A DNA stretch of 61,931 nt, from positions 1 to 61,931 of the forward strand of contig JAZDKC010000040.1 in the NCBI GenBank assembly GCA_043803465.1, in the 5' to 3' direction. Below are positions 17,305 to 28,000 of this stretch, piece after piece. The stretch's first letter is position 1. Each line of letters starts with the position of its first letter. A program made the position numbers and the translations under genes. A model generated the notes under the pieces. It saw only the letters and a program-made list of their open reading frames with translations. It ran no database searches and was not told the DNA's origin. The stretch comes from Candidatus Micrarchaeota archaeon (GTDB taxonomy: Archaea > Micrarchaeota > Micrarchaeia > Norongarragalinales > SBBD01).

Positions 17305-18278
17305 CCTTTTTCCTGCATGGATAGGATCATTTCCTTTATTCCATCATTAATTTTGATTTTCGGCCTGAAATGCAGCATTTTCTTCGCCTTGCTAATATTA
17401 TAAACCCTGCTTTCGGCTAGGGTATGGACGTATTCCTTAAAAATTTTTGGCTTTAGGCCCAAAAGCCGGTAAAGAAGGCGGATTGCGCTGGTTGAGAGGT
17501 ATGCGACGGATGTGGGGATGTGGATTCTTGGGGATGGAACATGGAGCTCTTTTGCAACTGCCTCGAATAATTCATTTTGGGTTTTGGCTTCGCCCGAACT
17601 AAATATGAATTCCTGGTTTTTCAATTTTGAATTTATTGCTGAAACGAGTGCGTCAACCAAATCTGAAATGTGGATGTACGCGATGTGGTTGTTCCCATTC
17701 CCAAGAATCGGCATTCTCCGTTTTTTAATTAATTTGACCACATCCCCAATCCCTGTTTTGAAACCTTTTCCGTAGATTATTGGGGAGCGCAAAATTAGGT
17801 AGTCGAGACCGCTTTCACGTAAAGCGCCTTCTGCTGCGAGTTTGCTCCGTCCATAGGCGTTTGAGGGGAAAGGTTTTGTTTTCTCGCTGATTTGTTCGGA
17901 TTTTGCCCCGCGGTAAATGGAAGTGGAGGAAAGGAAAATGAATTTTGGCGGCTTTCTTTGCAATTTGGCGGCTTTGATCAGTTTGAGCGTTCCGTGATAA
18001 TTAGCAGCCATGAATTCGGAGCCGGAAGCGGAATAATCGACAAGCCCTGCAAGGTGGACAATCAGGTCGACGTTTTTGCATGCCTCCGCAAGAGCGATGA
18101 AATCGTGCTCGGATGAGAGGTCCCCCTGATAAATTTCTACTTTCGAGCCGTACATTTTCTGCGCTTCAAACAGGTTATGCGCAAGGATCCGGAGCTTGCC
18201 GCGGTACTTTTTTTCCGCCAATAGCCTTCCAAGCAATTCGCGCCCCACCCTGCCTGTTGCGCCGGTAATCAGGATCAT
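17301..18278 (-). CDS. NAD-dependent epimerase/dehydratase (extended SDR family)
   Basis: It has the N-terminal Rossmann motif ILITGATGRVG and the catalytic YxxxK (NAYGRSK). 325 aa. Confidence 0.9.
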   Translation of the reverse strand: MILITGATGRVGRELLGRLLAEKKYRGKLRILAHNLFEAQKMYGSKVEIYQGDLSSEHDFIALAEACKNVDLIVHLAGLVDYSASGSEFMAANYHGTLKLIKAAKLQRKPPKFIFLSSTSIYRGAKSEQISEKTKPFPSNAYGRSKLAAEGALRESGLDYLILRSPIIYGKGFKTGIGDVVKLIKKRRMPILGNGNNHIAYIHISDLVDALVSAINSKLKNQEFIFSSGEAKTQNELFEAVAKELHVPSPRIHIPTSVAYLSTSAIRLLYRLLGLKPKIFKEYVHTLAESRVYNISKAKKMLHFRPKIKINDGIKEMILSMQEKG

Positions 18279-18320
18279 GAGTAGCTTTAAGCAGCAGGCT
18301 TTTTATTTGGGTCATCTTTA

Positions 18321-19106
18321 GTGTTGGGGAGGGATGCAGATTTGGAAACAAAGGAGGAGCAGATACGCGGGAATGTGAGGAGGGCATTTTTCATCGCACT
18401 GCTCCTGATCAGCGGCTGGGCGATCTTCTCGTTCATCACGTATGAGCGTTTCGCGCCCTTTGATGCGCTGTATGAGACGGTCTGCTCGCTGACTCTTGGG
18501 AAATGCAACCTGGAGTACACGTTCCCCGCGAAAATCGCATCGCTGTTCCTGGCGCTTTCAAGCTGGCTGGTGTTCGCGGTCCTTGTGGAATTCATGATAA
18601 GCTACGTGGTAAATCTCGAAATGGGTGAGAGGAAAATGCGGAAAAAGATCGGGGGGATGAAAAATCACATCATAGTGTGCGGCTATGGCGATTTGGGAAG
18701 GACCGCATGCGAAATATTCAAGCATTCCAAGGAGGATTATGTGGTGGTGGACCTTTCGGACAAGGCGATAAGCAACCTCAAGGATGCGGAGATCCCGCAC
18801 GTGCAGGGCGATGCCCTCCAAACCGCCACCTTGATGAAGGCGGGCGTCCAGCGGGCTAAATTGCTCATTGCAGCATTGAACAATGATTCCAACAACGTTT
18901 TTTTGGTGCTGACCGCGAAGGAATTGAATAAGAATGTCAAAATCGCGAGCAGGGCGTTTTCCGAGCAATCCGTAGGGAAGCTGCATGGCGCCGGAGCAAG
19001 CGTTATCGTGATGCCCGAAATCCTGGGGGGAATGGAGCTTGCCAAGCAGGCGTTGAATTTGCAGGAAAAGCATTTGAATGCGATGTTTGGCGGGAAGGGG
19101 AAATAA
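18321..19106 (+). CDS. Two-TM pore-loop channel-like protein with C-terminal RCK/TrkA-N domain (non-canonical filter)
   Basis: Layout is TM1, a pore-helix-like FDALYETVCSLTLGKCN, TM2, then the Rossmann-like IIVCGYGDLGR of RCK/TrkA-N domains. GTG start. Confidence 0.75.
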   Translation: MLGRDADLETKEEQIRGNVRRAFFIALLLISGWAIFSFITYERFAPFDALYETVCSLTLGKCNLEYTFPAKIASLFLALSSWLVFAVLVEFMISYVVNLEMGERKMRKKIGGMKNHIIVCGYGDLGRTACEIFKHSKEDYVVVDLSDKAISNLKDAEIPHVQGDALQTATLMKAGVQRAKLLIAALNNDSNNVFLVLTAKELNKNVKIASRAFSEQSVGKLHGAGASVIVMPEILGGMELAKQALNLQEKHLNAMFGGKGK

Positions 19107-19195
19107 TGCATCTGCTTAATAAAATCGGGATATAGTAAAATGAACCGGGAAAATTTTGGGAGGAAAAAAGAATAATCAAAAAGCCGTGACTCGCT

Positions 19196-20014
19196 ATGGA
19201 TCTTTCGTTTTTCATCGGGATCATTGCAACATTGGTGCTTGCGAATATTGCGGCAAAATTCCAGCTGCTTTCCGAGGGCGGGATATTTGCGGCAATACTT
19301 GTGGGGCTGACCGTTTTTGTTTTCGGCGGCTGGAATTGGTTCCTAATACTCGGAGTCTTCTTCGTTGCCGCGAGCGCGGTCACGAAATACAAATCGAAGG
19401 AGAAGGAGGATGTGAACAAGGAGTTCGCCAAGGGCGGCGTGAGGGATTTTTGGCAGGTCGCGGCGAACGGCGCATTGGCGGCGCTCGTTTCTGTGATCAA
19501 CTTCTTCTACCCGCTCAACACCCTTTATTTTGCATTCCTGGGGGTTGTCGCAACCGCAACAGCGGATACGCTTGCAACTGAAATCGGCGTTCTTAGCAAG
19601 GAATCCTACCTGATCACGAGCCTCAAGAAAGTGGAGAAGGGCGTTTCCGGCGCGGTTTCATGGCTTGGCATCGGGGCTGCATTCGTAGGCGCGCTTTCAA
19701 TCGGGCTGCTCGCATTCATCCTAAGCGATTATTTCAGCGCACCAAGGAACGAGCCGATTTTCCTGATCGCTATTCCGGTGGTTGCGGGAGTGCTTGGCGC
19801 GTTGATAGATTCTTTCCTGGGCGCGACGATACAGGTGATGTATTGGTGCCATAAATGCAAAAAGCAGACGGAGAGGGAAGTGCACAAATGCGGCACAAAA
19901 ACAGAGTACCATAAGGGCTGGAGGATAATCAACAACGATACGGTGAACCTGGTTTCCACAATTTCCGGCGGGCTGATTGGAGCTGGGCTTTACCAGCTGC
20001 TCAAGGGATTCTAG
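19196..20014 (+). CDS. DUF92/TMEM19-family integral membrane protein
   Basis: It is multi-pass, with KYKSKEK..KGGVRDFWQVAANG and ATATADTLATEIG motifs and the C-terminal CHKC...H.CG segment seen in archaeal DUF92 proteins. Confidence 0.75.
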   Translation: MDLSFFIGIIATLVLANIAAKFQLLSEGGIFAAILVGLTVFVFGGWNWFLILGVFFVAASAVTKYKSKEKEDVNKEFAKGGVRDFWQVAANGALAALVSVINFFYPLNTLYFAFLGVVATATADTLATEIGVLSKESYLITSLKKVEKGVSGAVSWLGIGAAFVGALSIGLLAFILSDYFSAPRNEPIFLIAIPVVAGVLGALIDSFLGATIQVMYWCHKCKKQTEREVHKCGTKTEYHKGWRIINNDTVNLVSTISGGLIGAGLYQLLKGF

Positions 20015-20148
20015 TTCGTTTGATGCGCATTCTCGGGTATCGCCCGCTAATGAAAGGATCCTGATCCGTTTGAGGAATTGACATGAGCATTCTGCCTAAA
20101 AGGAATAATAGTACGAAATCACGTATCCCGCGCCCAATAATGCAAAGC

Positions 20149-21354
20149 TCACCAAACCAGGAACAGGATGTATTTTGCGTAATTCCAGCCTTCCTTCCTG
20201 TTTGCGACTGCAATTTTCGCTATAGCGGAACCTAGGAGCCCGAGGAATATTCCCCGGGTTGCGGCCTCGCTGGGCAAGCTGCCAGCTGTAAACAGGAAAG
20301 CGACGCTCGCAATCACGGATGCGGAATTCACTGCGCCCGCAACGAAAAGCGCCAGGTAATACAATTGGTGGGAAACATCGAAAACCGCATTGGTAAGTGT
20401 GCTTACGATGAATAGCACGGATGCGAATTTAACAACGAACATCAGCGAAAGCGGGGTGTTGTATATGAATTTGAAATGCGAGAGGTTCACCTGCCGCGAA
20501 TAGTATTGGGTCATCAAAAGGAATCCCAAAATTGGGAGTGCGAAAAGGAATAATGTTGCACGGAATAAATACAAGTTGAGGAAGAGCAAAAGCAAAGCGT
20601 CCCTTAGAACGGAGCCCGCGGATGAGCTCGTAAAAGAGAGCTTTATCGCATCCAGGTTCACTTTCCTGCCGCGTGCAAAAAGCATTACGGTTGCAAGGGA
20701 GGAGATCAGGCCGCCGAAAAATGCAGCATACAGCACAGCATTATGCTTGATCACGCGCGCGATCACATGTGAAACGAATGAGAGGATCGAAATCAGGATT
20801 ACGGATAAAACGAACGATTGGATGTTAATCTGATGCCCCAGCAAATCCATTCCTTCGGATGGGATCAGGGGGTAAATTACGAATGCGATGACCGAGAAGA
20901 TCAGGAAATCGACAATTTCCCTCCTCGAAATCATTTCAACAAGGTGGTGCACCTCCCCTTTTTCGATCAGCACGTAAGCGACGATGATTGTTGCTGCGAT
21001 GGCTTCGATGGTGTAATTGAAGCTGATCATCATCCCGAGAATGTAGGTGAGCGGGAGCATTATCACCGTTGTCAAGCCTATTGAATGCTTGATGTGGGTA
21101 GCTTTGAAGAAATAGAATGAGAGGGTGATGGCGAAAATGCCAACCAAACCGATTGATGCCGCAATATAATACGAGGATGCCGAAAGTTCCGTCAAGAGCA
21201 TGCCGAGCAGGGAAATAAGGGAGAAGGTGCGCAAGCCGAGCAAGGTCTGCTTCTTCGTATGCTCCCTCTCCAGCCCGATGATGCCGCCGATTAAAACTGC
21301 CAATACCAGCTTCTCCAGCAGCGTTAGGGAAATTGCTAACATCCTGACCTCCAA
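20149..21354 (-). CDS. MgtC/SapB-family membrane protein with DUF4010-like C-terminal half
   Basis: The N-terminal LAVLIGGIIGLEREHTKKQ..GLRTFSLISLLG is the MgtC-family signature. About 10 further TM helices follow. Confidence 0.75.
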   Translation of the reverse strand: MEVRMLAISLTLLEKLVLAVLIGGIIGLEREHTKKQTLLGLRTFSLISLLGMLLTELSASSYYIAASIGLVGIFAITLSFYFFKATHIKHSIGLTTVIMLPLTYILGMMISFNYTIEAIAATIIVAYVLIEKGEVHHLVEMISRREIVDFLIFSVIAFVIYPLIPSEGMDLLGHQINIQSFVLSVILISILSFVSHVIARVIKHNAVLYAAFFGGLISSLATVMLFARGRKVNLDAIKLSFTSSSAGSVLRDALLLLFLNLYLFRATLFLFALPILGFLLMTQYYSRQVNLSHFKFIYNTPLSLMFVVKFASVLFIVSTLTNAVFDVSHQLYYLALFVAGAVNSASVIASVAFLFTAGSLPSEAATRGIFLGLLGSAIAKIAVANRKEGWNYAKYILFLVW

Positions 21355-21432
21355 AATAACGTTTTAAATCTGCGTGTTTTTAGAGTAGTAATTGCAGCCC
21401 GTATTTAAGCGTTTGTAATCAGGTCGGTCGAT

Positions 21433-22836
21433 GTGGAATTGCGCATACATAATACCTTGAGCGGAAAAAATGAAGCATTTGCACCTGCGCACAAGGATAC
21501 CGTGAAAATATACGTCTGCGGTATCACCCCCTACAGCAGCTCGCACATCGGGCACGGAAGATGCTATGTTGTTTGGGACACGCTGCGCAGGTATTTCGGT
21601 TTCCTCGGCTACAAAACCACTTACATCCAGAACTTTACCGACATAGATGACAAGATCATTAACAAAGCGAAGGAGCTCAAAACGGATCCGTTCAAGTTGG
21701 CTGAAAAGCACATCAAGGAATATTTCGAGGAGTTCGATGCGCTGAACGTGAAGAGAGCGGACAAATACCCTAAAGTAACGGAGCACATAAAGGAAATCAT
21801 AAAAATAATTGAAAAACTGATTGAAAACGGGTATGCGTATGAAAACAAAGGAGACGTTTTTTACGAGGTAGGCAAATTCAAGGAGTACGGGAAACTAAGC
21901 AAACAGAGCCTCGATGAGCTGATCAAGGGGAAGCGTGTGGAGATCAATCCAAATAAACGCCATCCTGCTGACTTCGCATTATGGAAATCCGCAAAGCCCG
22001 CAGAGCCCTCATGGGATTCGCCTTGGGGGATGGGAAGGCCCGGCTGGCACATCGAATGCTCCGCAATGAGCTCAAAATACCTGGGGGAGCAGTTCGACCT
22101 GCACTGCGGCGGGATGGACCTGATTTTCCCGCATCATGAGAATGAGATCGCGCAGTCGGAAGGCGCCAGCAGGAAGAGGCCGTTCGCAAAATATTGGATG
22201 CACAATGGGTTCGTAACGATAAAAAAGGAAAAGATGGCGAAGAGCGTAGGGAATATTATATCGCTCAATCAGCTTCTAAAAAAGTTTGATGGTGAAACAG
22301 TCCGCTTCTTTTACCTCTCAACCCAATACCGGCAACCGCTTGATTATTCCGAGGAATCGGTGCAGCAGGCGAAGGAGTCACTTGCATCATTGAAAAACGC
22401 AATTTGGCGCTTGGAGGAAAAAGGCATCAAGGAAGCGAAAAAAATCACTGACGAAAATTTGATTAAAATAAAACAATCCTTCCTAAATGCCATGGATGAT
22501 GACCTCAACACTCCTGCAGCCATCTCGATTTTATTCGAGCTGAAGAATTACGCGTTCGAGATGATGGATGACGGCGAGAGTGAAAAGGTGCTCTCAGAAT
22601 GCCTGCACCTTTTCAAAGAACTTGGGGGCATGCTGGGAATCTTCGAGCATAAGGAAAAGAAGGGAGAAATGAAAATTCCTGAAAAGGAGATTGAAAGCCT
22701 CATTGAGAAACGGAATGCCGCAAAGAAGCTGAAGGACTGGAAGGGGGCGGATGGGATCAGGAACGAACTTAAGAAGAAGGGCATCCTGCTTGAGGATAAT
22801 CCGGATGGGAGCGTGAGCTGGAAAATAGGGGGATGA
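21433..22836 (+). CDS. cysS: Cysteinyl-tRNA synthetase
   Basis: Class I motifs HIGHGR and KMAKSVGN are present, with the CGGMDLIFPHHENE zinc/cysteine-binding region. 467 aa. Confidence 0.95.
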   Translation: MELRIHNTLSGKNEAFAPAHKDTVKIYVCGITPYSSSHIGHGRCYVVWDTLRRYFGFLGYKTTYIQNFTDIDDKIINKAKELKTDPFKLAEKHIKEYFEEFDALNVKRADKYPKVTEHIKEIIKIIEKLIENGYAYENKGDVFYEVGKFKEYGKLSKQSLDELIKGKRVEINPNKRHPADFALWKSAKPAEPSWDSPWGMGRPGWHIECSAMSSKYLGEQFDLHCGGMDLIFPHHENEIAQSEGASRKRPFAKYWMHNGFVTIKKEKMAKSVGNIISLNQLLKKFDGETVRFFYLSTQYRQPLDYSEESVQQAKESLASLKNAIWRLEEKGIKEAKKITDENLIKIKQSFLNAMDDDLNTPAAISILFELKNYAFEMMDDGESEKVLSECLHLFKELGGMLGIFEHKEKKGEMKIPEKEIESLIEKRNAAKKLKDWKGADGIRNELKKKGILLEDNPDGSVSWKIGG

Positions 22837-22850
22837 ATAATTAGGGGAAT

Positions 22851-23975
22851 TTGGAAAAAAATACAATAGTGGAAAACATGAGACAACGCATCAAGCGCAT
22901 CTTCGAAAATTTGGGGAAAAACGCACCGGAGGCGATCTTCATAAATTACGGCGGGGTGAAGGATTATTCGTTCTTCTACGTGACCGGCTTCACCGGCGGG
23001 TCTTTCGAGGGGAGCAGCGCGATAATCAGGAAGGACGGAAGTTGCACGGCAATAATTCCGCAGCTGGAGGAGAACACTGCCAGAAAGGAGAACGGGAAAA
23101 ACAGATTGGGGAATGAATTGCTGATTTTCAAGACCGGAAAGGAGCACATCGATTTTCTGAAAAAGGAATTGAGGGAAATTAAAAACATCGGCTGCGACCT
23201 TTCCGCTTTGAGCGTGAACACACACAACCGGTTGAAAACGGAAACACATGCCAAAATTGCCGACGTTGGGACGGCGATACGGGATGCGAGGGCAATAAAG
23301 GACGGGATTGAAATCGCGAAAATCAGGGAGGCCGTTGAAATTGCGGAAAAAGCATTTGAGAGGGTGATAGAGGGGGACGTTGTCGAGGCCGGAGCAAGGG
23401 AATCAGATGTTGCCGCGGAACTGGCATACCAAATGCAAAGAATCGGCGGCACTCCCTCGTTTCCGACAATTGTTGCGGGGGGTAAGAATTCAGCTGAGCC
23501 GCATTACCTGACTGGAAGCGAAAAATTGAGGAAAAACCAATTCGTGCTCATTGATTGGGGCGCTAAATTCAAGAGGTATAACAGCGACATGACCCGGACA
23601 TTTGCTTTGGGGAGGGCAAATGAAAAGCAATTACGGATGTTCGAGGTGGTGGAGGATGCGCAGGAGGTCGCGTTCGATTTGATGCAGGAGGGGGTGGATG
23701 CGGCAAGCGTGCATTCCGCAGTTTCGGATTTCATAAGCAAAACCGAATTCAAAGGCAAATTCGTGCATTCGACGGGCCATTCGTTGGGCCTGCAGGTTCA
23801 CGATGGCAAAACCCTCGGAAACGAGAAGTTTGAGCTAAAGGAAAACATGGTCTTCACAGTTGAGCCTGGGATATATGTAAGCGGGATTGGCGGCGTAAGG
23901 CTGGAGGAGGATGTGCTGATAAGGAAGAACGGAATTGAAAAGTTGAGCGGGAAGAACAGGTTTTTTGAATTATGA
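22851..23975 (+). CDS. Xaa-Pro aminopeptidase / M24-family metallopeptidase
   Basis: Pita-bread fold metal-ligand blocks are present: IDWGAKFKRYNSDMTRT, HSTGHSLGLQVHD, FTVEPGIY, VRLEEDV. Confidence 0.9.
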   Translation: MEKNTIVENMRQRIKRIFENLGKNAPEAIFINYGGVKDYSFFYVTGFTGGSFEGSSAIIRKDGSCTAIIPQLEENTARKENGKNRLGNELLIFKTGKEHIDFLKKELREIKNIGCDLSALSVNTHNRLKTETHAKIADVGTAIRDARAIKDGIEIAKIREAVEIAEKAFERVIEGDVVEAGARESDVAAELAYQMQRIGGTPSFPTIVAGGKNSAEPHYLTGSEKLRKNQFVLIDWGAKFKRYNSDMTRTFALGRANEKQLRMFEVVEDAQEVAFDLMQEGVDAASVHSAVSDFISKTEFKGKFVHSTGHSLGLQVHDGKTLGNEKFELKENMVFTVEPGIYVSGIGGVRLEEDVLIRKNGIEKLSGKNRFFEL

Positions 23976-24023
23976 AACGGATCCGGGAGCGGAATTGGAA
24001 TTCCAGACATTGGGGAAAAAGGA

Positions 24024-24449
24024 GTGAGAAATATGGGGGAATCTGAGCAGCCGGCGTTCCCGTCATGGTTGAGTGCGCTGAGGAATGGGAAAACTGCCGC
24101 TGAAAGGAAATTGGCGGTGCAGAAAGTCATTCATTATTCTTCCGAATCTTTTCCGGGGGAGGAGAATACGAAGGAAAGGGCGATCTACCCGCTGGTCATC
24201 GCATTCGGGGAGGAGAAGGATGGATCCGTCAGGGGGGAAATAGCCAAATGGCTCAAAACGCTCGATAAGAAAAAAGTGGATGAGGTCATAATCCGGATTT
24301 TATCCCAGGGGCCGGATGAAATCAATAGGATCGGCGCTGCAGAGCTTTTTATGGGGATTCGGAAGGCGGAAGCAAAGGCTTATCTAGCAAAGGCTGCAGA
24401 AAAGGATAGGAGCGAAAAAGTGCGGCTTGCGATAAAAAAAATGCTATAG
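24024..24449 (+). CDS. Hypothetical HEAT-repeat-like protein
   Basis: 141-aa helical protein with repeated ..D..VR..A...L.. spacing typical of HEAT/PBS-lyase repeats. This is a weak assignment. Confidence 0.5.
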   Translation: MRNMGESEQPAFPSWLSALRNGKTAAERKLAVQKVIHYSSESFPGEENTKERAIYPLVIAFGEEKDGSVRGEIAKWLKTLDKKKVDEVIIRILSQGPDEINRIGAAELFMGIRKAEAKAYLAKAAEKDRSEKVRLAIKKML

Positions 24450-24465
24450 AAAGAATAAACGGATT

Positions 24466-25011
24466 TTGGTGCGTTACATGAAAAAAGAGACGAGGAAAAA
24501 ACTGGACCCTTTCGAGGAGGACTTTTTGAGAATTCAGGAGGAGATGGAGAGGATGGTTAACGACATCCTCACCCTGCATTACAGGGACGAGCAGCAGGCG
24601 AGGAAGCATTCACCTTATGTTTATGGCTTTTCAATGAAAGTATCGCAGGAGGGCAAGCCGGAGATCAAGGACTTTGGCACGTTCATCCCCCATCAGAAGG
24701 AATGGAAGGAGAAGCAGGAGATTGAAATCTCAAGGGAGCCGATGATCGACATCATCGAGGGGAAGGAGGAGCTGACGGTGATCGCGGAACTGCCCGGGGT
24801 GCAGAAGGAGGACATCCACATCAGCACCACGGAGGAGAGCATGGTTTTGCACACGCCGTACCATCACAAGAACTACAAGAAGGAGATATGGTTCCCGTGC
24901 AAGGTAAAGAGCGATTCCGCGAAAGCGATCTACAACAACGGCGTGCTGGAGGTAAAACTGAAGCGGATGGAACCGAAGCACGAGCACGGAAAGGAAGTAA
25001 AGATAGAATAA
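24466..25011 (+). CDS. hsp20: Small heat-shock protein (Hsp20/alpha-crystallin family)
   Basis: The alpha-crystallin domain block is present: IDIIEGKEELTVIAELPGVQKEDIHIS ... AIYNNGVLEVKLKR. The true start may be the ATG four codons downstream. Confidence 0.85.
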   Translation: MVRYMKKETRKKLDPFEEDFLRIQEEMERMVNDILTLHYRDEQQARKHSPYVYGFSMKVSQEGKPEIKDFGTFIPHQKEWKEKQEIEISREPMIDIIEGKEELTVIAELPGVQKEDIHISTTEESMVLHTPYHHKNYKKEIWFPCKVKSDSAKAIYNNGVLEVKLKRMEPKHEHGKEVKIE

Positions 25012-25046
25012 CTATTGAAATCACAAATTATTCACTAATTGCGGAT

Positions 25047-28000
25047 TTATTTAAGCTCATTTAATGAGACTGGCTCAAACGATTTCCTGTTTTTCATTTT
25101 TGCCAGCGATTCCGCCATCTTAAGCGCGGCAAAATAGCTGGAAATTACCGGAAGCTTGCGCTGGATTGCATATTTCCTCACTTCCTCGGTCTTGCGGATT
25201 TCCTCGAGATTGTTGCCGTGCGCCCTTAGCCCATCGACAACGAAGGAAATGACATTCGCCCGGATCATGTTGATTGCCTGGATGGGGGTGATCTTTTCCG
25301 AATCGTAAATCTTTATGCCGGCATGATGAAATGCCTGCGAGAGCACTTTCTTCCACTTTCCGCAGGAGCCGAGGAAAACGGAATCGCCGAAATTGTTTCC
25401 TGCTGCCAATTGCGCCTTCAGGTATGCTTCCTCAAAAGAGTTTGCAATTCCCATCACTTCTCCTGTGCTTTTCATTTCCGGCGAGAGTATGGGATCAACA
25501 TCCCTGAATTTTATGAATGGGAAAACTGGCACCTTTACTGCGAAATATGGGTGTTTTGGGATCAGTTCGGTTGCGAAGTCAGAAAAATAATCTTTTAGTT
25601 TTTTTCCAACCTGAAGCGCAGCTGCGATTTTTGCTATTTGGGTCCCGGTTGCTTTTGAGAGGTAGGGAACCGTCCTGCTCGCTCGGGGGTTAACCTCGAG
25701 GACGTACACGTCATCGCCCTTCACGGCCATCTGGATGTTTGCAAGCCCGATGACCCGCAGTTCCAGGAGGATTTTTTTGGTGTAATCGCGGATTTTGTTG
25801 AGAGCTTGGGGCGAGAACCGGATTGAGGGGATTACACAGCTCGAATCGCCGGAATGTATTCCCGCTTCCTCTATTTGTTCCATGATGCCCGCGATTTTTA
25901 CATGCTCGCCATCGCACAGCGCATCCACATCCGCCTCGATTGCATCCTCAAGGAAGCGGTCCATGATTATTGCGCAATTCCCGGAGATGAAAATTGCCTC
26001 ATCGATTTTGCGGAGGAGCTGCTTTTCGCCGTATACGACTTCCATTGCCCTTCCGCCCAATACATATGATGGACGGATAAGCAGGGGGTATGAGATGCTG
26101 CGGGCGATTTCCAATGCCTCTTCCTTTGAGAAAGCCAAACCGCTCTCTACGAGGGGGATTTTGAGTTTCTGCATCAGCGCCTTGAATTTCTTCCGGTTTT
26201 GAGACGCATCAATGGAGGCGACGGATGTCCCGAGAATCCTTGCGCCATTTTGTTCCAAAGGAAGGGAAAGGTTGATTGCGGTCTGGCCGCCGAACTGCAC
26301 AACCACCCCTTCAATATCCCCTTCTTTTGCAAGTACATTCATCACGCATTCGGCTGTCAGGGGCTCGAAATAGAGTTTTGAGGAGATATCGAAATCTGTT
26401 GAGACGGTTTCGGGATTGGAGTTGATGATTATGGATTCATACCCGAGTTCCCTTAGGGCAATTACTGCGTGAACTGTGGCATAATCGAATTCTATTCCCT
26501 GCCCTATGCGGATTGGGCCGCTGCCCAGGATTATGACTTTCTTTTTTTCCTTTTTCCCCTCAAGGAGCATCGATTCGTCCTCCTGCTCGTAAGTGGAGTA
26601 GTAATATGGCGTCATGGCGGCGAATTCCGAAGCGCAGGTATCGACCATCTTGAAGGAGGCGGAAATATTGCGCTGCGAGCGGATGAATTCAACGGAATCG
26701 GTCGAGATTGCCGCATATTTGGCGATTTGGTTGTCTGAAAAACCCAACTGCTTTGCCGAATATAGCATCGAATTTGCCCTGACATCCGATAAATTCATTT
26801 TCCCCAGTTCTTTTTCCTTCACAACGATGTTGTTGATTTTCTCGATGAACCATTTGTTGATTTTGGAAATTGAGGCGATTTCGCCAATCGGCATGAGGTT
26901 GAGGCGCAAAATGTCCTTGATTGCAAATAGGCGCAACTCATTGGGGAGGAGGTAGTTGCGCATTTCGCCGTCAGTTTCAAAATCGAACTCGATTTTTTGC
27001 TTCAGTTCCAGGGAATGGACCGCCTTTTGCAGCGCCTCCTCGAAATTTCGGCCTATTGCCATCACTTCACCGGTGCTTTTCATCTGCGTGCCAAGGGTGC
27101 GCTTGGCATAAAGCTTGTCGAACGGCCATTTTGGGATTTTTACAACGCAATAATCAAGCGCGGGCTCGAAAGCTGCAGATTTGCCGGTGATCTTATTTTG
27201 GATTTCGTGCAATTTGTACCCGAGGGCGATTTTCGTTGCAACCCATGCAATCGGGTAGCCGGTTGCCTTGGATGCAAGGGCGGAGGAGCGGGAGGTGCGG
27301 GGGTTCACCTCTATTATATAGTATTCGCCGGTTTGCTGGTTGAGTGCGAATTGGATGTTGCATGCGCCCGCCACATTGAGTGCGCGCACAACCTTGATTG
27401 CAACCCTCCTGAGCAGATGGTACTCCTTGTCGGTAAGCGTTTGTGAGGGCGCAACAACAGCGCTTTCGCCGGTATGGACGCCCATCGCATCAATGTTCTC
27501 CATGTTGCAGATGGTAATGCAATTGTCATCAAAATCGCGTATCACTTCATATTCAAGCTCGGCCATGCCTTCGACGGATTGCTCAATCAAGCATGAATGG
27601 GTCCCGGAGAGGTTCAATGCGTTCTCTGCAGCTGGAAGGAAATCCGCCTCATCCCGCACTATCGCGCTCCCGCTTCCTCCCAGGGAAAAATCAGGCCGGA
27701 TGATCAGGGGGATTTTGATTTTTTCCAATGCAGCTTGCGCTTCCCCCAAATTGGCCGCCCTTTCGCTTTTTGGGATTGGCTCCTTGATTTTTGCCATCAA
27801 TCCTGCAAATTTTTCCCGGTCTTCGGCCAAATCGATGGTTTCAAGCGAGGTGCCCAATAATTTGATTCTGTTTTTCTTGATTGCGCCTTTCAGCTGCATC
27901 GCCAGATTAAGGCCCGTCTGGCCGGCCATTGTGGCGATCATCCCCTCCGGCTTTTCCTTCTCGATGATTTTCGCGACTGTTTCCGGGGTAAGCGGCTCGA

